From an uncultured Bacteroidales bacterium (GTDB lineage Bacteria; Bacteroidota; Bacteroidia; Bacteroidales; CAIWKO01), in the NCBI GenBank assembly GCA_903913285.1, contig CAIWKO010000036.1:142691-206690 (forward strand): a stretch of 64,000 nucleotides of DNA. The letters run 5' to 3'. This document shows positions 35,087 to 42,280 of this stretch, one piece after another. The notes below the pieces were generated by a model. That model saw nothing but the letters and a program-made list of their open reading frames with translations. It did not search any database and was not told the origin of the DNA. A program made the position numbers and the translations under genes. Within the stretch, counting starts at the first letter, position 1; the number at the start of each line of letters is the position of its first letter.

Positions 35087-36427
35087 ATGAATAACAGAAA
35101 AATATTCAGCCTTACGCTTGTGATGCTATGCTTATTAATGCCCGTCAGCATGTTGTCGTGCAAATGGTTCAAAAGCGGTGGCGGCGACAAAAAGATGAGC
35201 ATCGCGGCCGTAATATCGATGCCCGACATAGTGCGCAGCCTATCGGCCCGTCCCTCCGACTCCACCCTCAACAAAGCCCTCGATATGGCACAGCTCATGC
35301 AGAAAAACGACTCTGCAGATTTCATGAAACTGTTCGAAAAAGCCTGGAACAAAACCGCAAACAACATACGCATGGTAACGCTGTTCGCCCGGGCCGGCAA
35401 CACGAATATAGCGCTCAATGCATCCGATCAGGAAGTGATACAGCAACTGAACAAAGCCGTCGACGTTATTATCGATCGCAGCATTTTTGTAACCCAAACC
35501 CGCCTCGAGAGTCTGGGCTGCAAAGTGGTTGGCATTCACAAAGCCAAACAACGCGCACATATCAACATCGAACTCGAAGAGGTTGCCAACCCGCGTCAGG
35601 TGCTCAACCTTATACAATACGCGGGCAACCTGCAGTTTTGGGAAACCTACGAATATCATGACATCTACAGCCTGATGGTTGAAGCCGACGCTAAGGCAAA
35701 AGCCCTTTTGGAACTGGCCGACAGCAACGCGCCCAAAGATCCCGGAAAAGCCGCGAAAACCAACATGAGAGATGTTTTGCCCAACAACAGCCGACCCAAC
35801 ACCACCGAAGTAACTGCAGCCGAAAATCCGCTGTTTGCCTTGTTGGTTCCGACTCTGGTTCAGGACGAAAAAGGGAACTACTATCCCCAGCGCGGTCCTT
35901 GCGTGGGCTATTGTCACATTGCCGACACTGCCAAACTAAACCATCTGCTGCGCCTTCCGCAAATTGCGCGTGTGTTTCCAACCGAACTGCATTTTGCCTG
36001 GGGCAAACAGCCCGCCGAAAAAGACAAAAACACCCTGGCTTTGATAGCGCTGAAAGCCGATCGCAATGGCAAACCCGCCATGGATGTTGCCGGTATGATA
36101 ACCGATGCCCGTCAGGAATATAACAGCAGCAAACAAATTGAGGTTAGCATAGCAATGAACTCTGAAGGAGCCGGCATCTGGAAAGATCTTACAGCCAATA
36201 ACATCGGCAAATCGTTAGCCATAGTGCTCGATGCTTATGTATACTCCTATCCCACGGTTCAGGCAGAAATACCCAACGGCCGCTCCAGCATTACGGGCAA
36301 TTTCACCGAAACCGAAGCCAAAGACCTTGCCTCTATACTGAAAGCAGGCAAACTCCCTGCCCGCATCATCGTTGTGGATGCCGTCACCCACGACAAAGAC
36401 GGAAACATTATCCCGAACGGGAAATAG
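35087..36427 (+). CDS. SecD/SecDF periplasmic (P1) domain-only lipoprotein, diverged and lacking all RND-type TM segments
   Basis: Lipoprotein-like N-terminus (...PVSMLSCKW). Collinear with the SecDF N-terminal periplasmic region as I recall it: ...SMPDIVRSL...LNKALDMAQ...DFMKLFEKAW...RLESLG...INIELEEV...VLNLIQYAGNLQFWETYE...SSITGNFTETEAKDLASILKAGKLPARI. It then stops where SecDF TM2 would begin. Confidence 0.55.
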   Translation: MNNRKIFSLTLVMLCLLMPVSMLSCKWFKSGGGDKKMSIAAVISMPDIVRSLSARPSDSTLNKALDMAQLMQKNDSADFMKLFEKAWNKTANNIRMVTLFARAGNTNIALNASDQEVIQQLNKAVDVIIDRSIFVTQTRLESLGCKVVGIHKAKQRAHINIELEEVANPRQVLNLIQYAGNLQFWETYEYHDIYSLMVEADAKAKALLELADSNAPKDPGKAAKTNMRDVLPNNSRPNTTEVTAAENPLFALLVPTLVQDEKGNYYPQRGPCVGYCHIADTAKLNHLLRLPQIARVFPTELHFAWGKQPAEKDKNTLALIALKADRNGKPAMDVAGMITDARQEYNSSKQIEVSIAMNSEGAGIWKDLTANNIGKSLAIVLDAYVYSYPTVQAEIPNGRSSITGNFTETEAKDLASILKAGKLPARIIVVDAVTHDKDGNIIPNGK

Positions 36428-36464
36428 GTAATAGGTAACAAGTAATAGGTAATAGGTAACTAAC
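36426..36464. repeat. Heptamer array AGGTAAT AGGTAAC AAGTAAT AGGTAAT AGGTAAC
   Basis: Read directly. It begins inside the TAG stop codon (36425-36427). Confidence 0.9.
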
Positions 36465-36475
36465 TTTAGGCACCT

Positions 36476-36498
36476 GCCCGTCCGGTCAGGCGGGCTTT
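36476..36498 (+). terminator. Putative terminator hairpin (GCCCGTC/GGCGGGC)
   Basis: 7-bp stem with one G-U pair (36476-36482 with 36489-36495), followed by TTT. Flanked by a direct repeat ACTTTAGGCAC. Confidence 0.4.
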
Positions 36499-36576
36499 AA
36501 GTACTTTAGTTCACTTTAGGCACTTTTTTTATTAACTTTGTCCTTTCAAATTTTTAACAATTAAACCCCATACCGT

Positions 36577-37593
36577 ATGAAAAGAACAGTATTCCTATCC
36601 GTTATCATCATTACAATGCTTTCACTGCAATCGTTTGCACAAAAATCGGGCACCGAATTCAAACTCAGCCTGCGCGATGGCAGCATCGTGAATGGTACCG
36701 CCGACATCAGCAGCGTGAACCTCACCACCCCCTGGGGCAAACTCGATATCCCCGCCAAAAACCTGAGCCAGATAATTTTCGGCATAACCCCCGACAACGG
36801 CTCGAAAGAAAAAATCAAAGCCCTGGTTACCGACCTCAACAACCTGACCGTCGACATACGCAAAAAAGCATACGAAACTCTCATTTCGTTGCCCATCAAT
36901 TGCATACCCGTGTTGGAAGACATTATCAACTCAAGCGATTATGTGGCTTCGGTGAACGACGACTACAATGCCGAACTGGCGCTGGGCGAACTGAAATCAA
37001 CCAACAACTACGAAGATAACACCGAAACCGACGATATAGTGATCACCGACAATGCCTATCGTTTTGGCGGCACCTGCACCATAAAAAGCATATCGCTCAA
37101 AACAGCCTATGGCAGCCTCACCGTCGACCGCGACAAAATAAAGAGCATCGACGTGTTCTACAAAAGCAACGATGTGTCGGAATCGTCGTACACGCTGCTT
37201 GCCAACAAATACATTAGCGGCAACACCACGGGCGGCTGGCTCAAGACCAATATTTACGTAAAAGCAGGCCAAAAGATAAGCATAACTGCTTCGGGCGAAA
37301 TAACCCTGGCAAGCCTTTCGGGCTACAAATACAAACCCGACGGAAAATATGCCACCGGATCAGGAACCACTACCGACTACGAAAGCGATTACACCTCGGC
37401 TGCCACAACCACCACCTATCCCACTTATGGCAACGTGGTGTTTAAAATTGGCGACGCAGGCTCCATGCTCAGGGCAGGCGCTTCGTTCAAAGGCACTGTT
37501 AGTACCAGCGGTTTCTTATACCTATCGATCTACGAAACGGTTTATAACGTGGCCAACACCGGCAGCTATCAGGTGAAAGTAAAACTGAACTAA
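36577..37593 (+). CDS. Secreted hypothetical protein (C-terminal domain possibly PA-IL/LecA-like lectin fold, unverified)
   Basis: Signal peptide ...LQSFAQ. C-terminal GQKISITASGEITLASLSGYKYKPDG...YGNVVFKIGD...GFLYLSIYE resembles LecA-type beta-sandwich motifs, from memory only. Confidence 0.5.
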   Translation: MKRTVFLSVIIITMLSLQSFAQKSGTEFKLSLRDGSIVNGTADISSVNLTTPWGKLDIPAKNLSQIIFGITPDNGSKEKIKALVTDLNNLTVDIRKKAYETLISLPINCIPVLEDIINSSDYVASVNDDYNAELALGELKSTNNYEDNTETDDIVITDNAYRFGGTCTIKSISLKTAYGSLTVDRDKIKSIDVFYKSNDVSESSYTLLANKYISGNTTGGWLKTNIYVKAGQKISITASGEITLASLSGYKYKPDGKYATGSGTTTDYESDYTSAATTTTYPTYGNVVFKIGDAGSMLRAGASFKGTVSTSGFLYLSIYETVYNVANTGSYQVKVKLN

Positions 37594-37618
37594 ACGCAAT
37601 AATCCTTTTGATAAATTG

Positions 37619-37648
37619 AACAGCCCTGCAAAAAGCTGTTTTTATTTT
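37619..37648 (+). terminator. Terminator hairpin AACAGC/GCTGTT plus T-run
   Basis: Stem 37619-37624 with 37635-37640, then TTTATTTT. It lies between convergent genes and overlaps the last codons of the FKBP gene. Confidence 0.5.
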
Positions 37649-38940
37649 GCCTGTATAAGCTCTATGTCATAAACAATAGGCGTGTAGGGCGGAATAATGC
37701 CGGCATATTTATCGCCGTAGGCGAGTTTCGAAGGAATAATGAGCGTGGCTTTAGCTCCAGGGCTCATGTGAGTAATGCCGATATCGAGGCCGGGTATCAC
37801 CTCGCCTTTGCCCAGTTGGAAGGTGAGAGGGTTGTTTTTTGCCGAAGCATCAAAAACAGTTCCGTCCATTAGTTTTCCGCTATAATTGATGCTGACAGTA
37901 CTCCCAACAGCAGCTTTGGCGCCTTTGCCGCTTTGCGTTTCCAGATAATACAAACCGTATTCATCGGGCTCAACATTCCAGCTTTGTGCAGCAAGGTAAG
38001 CCTCGATGGTGGTCTTTTCTTTATCCTCCATCATTTTCACGTACACTTCTTTTTTGATCACTTTCAACAGTTCCACATCGAACACCACTGGGGTGCATGG
38101 CGGAACAAAATCCTGTATGCCGTTGTCGCCATATGCCAGATCGGAAGGCACCACAACTTTCACCTTCCCCCCGACTCTCATGGTCATCAGAGCTTGTTCA
38201 ATGCCCGGTATCTCGAATTGTTTGCCCAGTTCGAAATAAACAGGGCCTGCTTCACCGTCTGTTGTAGAAACCAATTTGCTGCCGTCGAACTGGCTTGCCG
38301 AATAGTTTATTTCCACCACATTGCCTGCCATGGTATTGGCTCCGCCTCCGGTGCGAACGGGGATGATATACAAACCGTTTTCGGTAGGTTTCACACGAAT
38401 GTGGTTGGCTTCAACATACGCAAGGATGTCCTGCTGTTCAACGTCTTTCAGTTTTTGCAATGCCAGAGCATCTTTTTGTTTCTGCAGTTCCGTTTCGCGG
38501 TCGAAGTCGGCTTTTGATTGTATGCCGATCATTTTCACATCGAAATAAAGCATAGCCGATTCGGGCAGGTTGGGTATGGTTCCAAAACGTTTCAGCGAAT
38601 CGGAGTTGATGATGAAGGTAGCGCTGTCGCCCACAGCCATCATGGCAAGCCCTTCAAAAACATCGCCTTTGAATGATGGTTCCTGCAGCGGGAACTTGAA
38701 TGGCGCATCAAGCGTGCGACTGTCGAAAATAACCGAATCGTGGATGCGGTATATCATGTGAACCGTCAATATATCGTCTTTCGAAGCTTTTTTGCCTTCT
38801 GTGTCCTGCAGATAGAATTTATAGTACAGGCCCGACTCGCTTTGTTTAAAACCCGGGAATTTCGAATGTTTGCACGAAACAACTGTTGCTATGATCAGGA
38901 ACGCTAAAACTACGAATGGGATACTTTTATAAGATTTCAT
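37642..38940 (-). CDS. Multi-domain FKBP-type peptidyl-prolyl cis-trans isomerase lipoprotein
   Basis: Lipobox ...ATVVSCKH. Repeated FKBP cores (G..V.V.Y.G.L.DG..FD......P..F.LG.G.VI.G....L..M..G.K....IPS.LAYG). Confidence 0.85.
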   Translation of the reverse strand: MKSYKSIPFVVLAFLIIATVVSCKHSKFPGFKQSESGLYYKFYLQDTEGKKASKDDILTVHMIYRIHDSVIFDSRTLDAPFKFPLQEPSFKGDVFEGLAMMAVGDSATFIINSDSLKRFGTIPNLPESAMLYFDVKMIGIQSKADFDRETELQKQKDALALQKLKDVEQQDILAYVEANHIRVKPTENGLYIIPVRTGGGANTMAGNVVEINYSASQFDGSKLVSTTDGEAGPVYFELGKQFEIPGIEQALMTMRVGGKVKVVVPSDLAYGDNGIQDFVPPCTPVVFDVELLKVIKKEVYVKMMEDKEKTTIEAYLAAQSWNVEPDEYGLYYLETQSGKGAKAAVGSTVSINYSGKLMDGTVFDASAKNNPLTFQLGKGEVIPGLDIGITHMSPGAKATLIIPSKLAYGDKYAGIIPPYTPIVYDIELIQAK

Positions 38941-39467
38941 TACTTCTTTATTTCCATCAGTTCAACATCGTATATCAGCGTGGCGCGTTTGGGTATCTTG
39001 TTTTCGTCGCCAAGCAAACCGTAGGCCAGATGCGACGGAATGATCAGCTTGGCCTTGTCGCCCACGCGCATCAGCATAATGCCTTCTTCCAGTCCGTTTT
39101 CCACTTCGGCTTTGCCCAGTTCAAACAATTTCATCCCGTCGTTTTTCGAATTGTAGCATTCCACCCCATTAATCAGGCTTGCAGCAAAGCGTATCACCAC
39201 CTTTTCGTTGCCTTTGGGCCTCTCTCCTTTTCCGTTGAAATATATCTGATAGCGCAAGCCTGTGCCGGTTTGCTTCATTTTCCATTCGTGCCGTTCGATG
39301 TAGTTCTGTATATCTTGATCCTCTTTTTCTACAAGGGTTTTATTCACCTTCACAAAAGGTTCTTTATATTTATCGGGGTTGTCGTTTGGGTTTGTTTTTT
39401 TGTCATTGCCGCACGACACCAGAAATACGACCTTCACGAGCAAGCAGAGAAATAAGAGTTTTTTCAT
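38940..39467 (-). CDS. FKBP-type peptidyl-prolyl cis-trans isomerase lipoprotein
   Basis: Lipobox FLVSCGN. Single FKBP core (GLEEGIMLMRVGDKAKLIIPSHLAYG). Confidence 0.85.
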   Translation of the reverse strand: MKKLLFLCLLVKVVFLVSCGNDKKTNPNDNPDKYKEPFVKVNKTLVEKEDQDIQNYIERHEWKMKQTGTGLRYQIYFNGKGERPKGNEKVVIRFAASLINGVECYNSKNDGMKLFELGKAEVENGLEEGIMLMRVGDKAKLIIPSHLAYGLLGDENKIPKRATLIYDVELMEIKK

Positions 39468-39477
39468 AAAAAAAAGC

Positions 39478-40488
39478 CTAGGCGAGATATTCTTTATATA
39501 AAGGTAATATTTTCAAAAATTCAGCTATAGCTTCGTCGAGCGATTTATAGATATTGGCTCCCGAAGCATTCTTATGCCCTCCACCGTCAAAATGCTTGCG
39601 GGCTATCACTCCTACGTTCAGGTTGCCATACGAGCGCAGCGAGAGTTTAATATGGCCTGTACGCTCTGAAAACAGTGCAGCCAGCTTCACGCCTTTTATG
39701 GTGAGCCCGTAGTTCACAATTCCTTCGCTGTCGCCGTTCGAAAAATCAAAGCGTTTCATTTCCTCTTTTGTAATGGAGATATAGGCTGTAGCAAGTTCCG
39801 GAACTATAGTAAGCTTTTGGCTCAGGCAATAGCCCAGCAGGCGCAAACGGCTTTCAGAAAATGTATTGTAAACCCGGTGATGGATCTCCTCCCCGTTGAT
39901 ATTTTGAGCAAATAACTTCGAAGTAACAGCATAGGTATTTGGGTAATCGCAATTATAACTGAACGAGCCTGTATCGGTAATAATACCAACATAAATAGCC
40001 GTAGCGATATCAACATCAACCTTCGATTCGTCGCCCATGCCCGAAATAAAATCAAAGATCAGTTCCGATGTGGATGATGTATTGGTCTGCGAATGTGTTA
40101 GTGTTGCAAAGTCGGTTGGTGCCTGATGATGATCGATCAGTACTATCTTAGCTTTTGCCTTGATCAAAGAGTCTGTAAGCGATTCAATGCGGTCGGGCAT
40201 ATTAAAATCAAGGCAAAATATCAGGTCGGCTTCAGCGATCAGCTTCTCACAAAGTGCTCTTTCCTTAGTTGCAATTTTAATGGAATCAGCCCCTTTCATC
40301 CATTTATAAAAATCCGGAAAATCGCTCGAAACCACTATTTCAGGCTTATGATCACATTTCTTAAGATAATGCCACAATGCCAGTGAAGCCCCAATTGCAT
40401 CACCGTCGGGATTATGATGAGTGATGATAACTATTGATTTGGCAGAAGCCAATAGTCCTTTAACCTGAGAGATAAAAGCAGTTTCCAA
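39478..40488 (-). CDS. nrnA: DHH-family bifunctional oligoribonuclease / pAp phosphatase NrnA
   Basis: HHNPDGDAIGAS, LIDHHQ (DHH) and the DHHA1 GGGH motif (FDGGGHKNASG). Confidence 0.8.
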   Translation of the reverse strand: METAFISQVKGLLASAKSIVIITHHNPDGDAIGASLALWHYLKKCDHKPEIVVSSDFPDFYKWMKGADSIKIATKERALCEKLIAEADLIFCLDFNMPDRIESLTDSLIKAKAKIVLIDHHQAPTDFATLTHSQTNTSSTSELIFDFISGMGDESKVDVDIATAIYVGIITDTGSFSYNCDYPNTYAVTSKLFAQNINGEEIHHRVYNTFSESRLRLLGYCLSQKLTIVPELATAYISITKEEMKRFDFSNGDSEGIVNYGLTIKGVKLAALFSERTGHIKLSLRSYGNLNVGVIARKHFDGGGHKNASGANIYKSLDEAIAEFLKILPLYKEYLA

Positions 40489-40570
40489 ATATTTTTTTTA
40501 CAAATTTATCAAAAATTGTTTTTCGTACTTCATTTTATTTATTTTTACACTTCGTATAAATAATAGAATT

Positions 40571-41002
40571 ATGGCAGGAAACATCACATTAACAATGGTA
40601 AAGCCCGTGGCATACAGCAAAAATACATCGGGAAAAATATTAGCACGTATCACCGAAGCTGGTTTCTGGCTTGTGGCAGCACGCACAATGCAACTGAGTT
40701 TAGTTCAGGCAAAGAAATTTTATGCAGTACACAAGGACAGGCCTTTTTTTAACGATCTGGTTGAATTCATGTCATCGGGACCAATATTGGTTGCAATGCT
40801 TGAAAAAGAAAACGCAGTTGAAGACTATCGCCTTCTTATCGGAAAGACCAACCCTGCTGAAGCTGCCGACGGCACAATACGTCATGACTTTGGTACAAAT
40901 TTGCAGGCAAATGCAGTTCACGGTTCCGACAGCGACGAAAATGCCATTATCGAATGTGATTTCTTTTTCTCGAAAAGCGAAAGATTTTACAGACCGGGAT
41001 GA
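40571..41002 (+). CDS. ndk: Nucleoside-diphosphate kinase
   Basis: TLTMVKPVA..., GPILVAMLE, NAVHGSDS (active-site His). Its 3-prime end overlaps the convergent HTH gene by 16 nt. Confidence 0.9.
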   Translation: MAGNITLTMVKPVAYSKNTSGKILARITEAGFWLVAARTMQLSLVQAKKFYAVHKDRPFFNDLVEFMSSGPILVAMLEKENAVEDYRLLIGKTNPAEAADGTIRHDFGTNLQANAVHGSDSDENAIIECDFFFSKSERFYRPG

Positions 41003-41496
41003 TACTCCTTGAAAGTATTATTTTTATAAAGAACCACGATCTTTTCAATCTCGGAGGAATTTGATGCAGGTATATTTTGCTGTTTTTCATCAGCAATTTG
41101 TTTATTTTCAACTTTCTCCACGGGTTCTATAGATACCTGAACCTCTTTTTCCGGCTCTTTTTTGTCTTCTATAAGAACCTTCACTTCATTTATTCCTTCT
41201 ATAATAGGATTGCTTTCTATTTTCACCTCTGGAATAATTTTATCTTCTTTAATTTGCTCAGCAGTTTCAAACAGATCAATCTGAGAAGTTTTTAACATAG
41301 GTCCGTTACCTTGCATCAGCCATTCAGGATTAATATCCTTGAATTGTTGTAGCATTTTAAGTATAAGGTCTAAACTAGGTAAATTTCTACCAGACATAAT
41401 ATGCGACATGCTCGATCGCTGAATCCCTATTTCATCTGCAAATTTTGACGGACTCAGATTTTTAATTTTTAGAACTAAAAGTATTCGGTCAACCAT
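40987..41496 (-). CDS. XRE-family helix-turn-helix domain protein
   Basis: N-terminal LSPSKFADEIGIQRSSMSHIMSGRNLPSLDLILKMLQQF is a Cro/C1-type HTH. The tail is low-complexity and E/K-rich. Confidence 0.7.
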   Translation of the reverse strand: MVDRILLVLKIKNLSPSKFADEIGIQRSSMSHIMSGRNLPSLDLILKMLQQFKDINPEWLMQGNGPMLKTSQIDLFETAEQIKEDKIIPEVKIESNPIIEGINEVKVLIEDKKEPEKEVQVSIEPVEKVENKQIADEKQQNIPASNSSEIEKIVVLYKNNTFKEYHPGL

Positions 41497-42280
41497 AATT
41501 ACAAAGTTAAATAATAAGTTACAAAGATAATCTTTTTTGAATTCACAACAGTTATTTTGTTAATATTACCTTTGTAAACTTTTTAAAATGACGATTTATT
41601 TAAACTATTACCTGACGTCAGATCATTACAAACCTTTTTATCAATGAATTAAACAATTTAACTATCTGGCAATAATATTAGTCATAAAGTAGCTAATATT
41701 ATTAATGTAATACTTCATAAGATTATTCTTAATTACTGATTTAAAGTTGTATAAACAAATAATAATATTCATTAATGTACAAAATACAATTATTACAATC
41801 ATAACATCACTAAGTTTACATAAATAACTTTACCAATAAAGATTACATTTGTAACCTTAATTGTAAAATACTAAATATCAGTATTACTTTTATATTAGTA
41901 TACATTTGTAATTTTTCATTTACCTGAATTAATTTTGTAATTTTATACCTAACCAAATACATAAAGTGATTTATGGGATCAATTATTAATAGCATTATGA
42001 AGCTGATTTCATTTATAAGGTCTCTCTCCAATTTAAAGTTTGACCTTCTCCCCTTTTAATTAGTGAGATTGAATAATATTACTTTTTCCAAAAGGCTTTA
42101 TTAAATAAACTATAATTAATCCAGACCTAATCATAGTATCGTATGACTAAAAATTACAGAAAGTGTCTTAAAAACGCTTAAATGAAGTCCATTTTTTAGC
42201 ATGATTCTCTATGCGAAATGAATTTTTGAGCGCATTTCAGAGAGAAAGATGAATAAATTCAGAAAGGGGGAACTATAGAT

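Noticed and set aside
41843-42031. 62-aa minus-strand ORF in the AT-rich spacer.
   Set aside because: Composition-driven (I/L/K/N-rich), with no start context or motif. It overlaps the promoter-like boxes.
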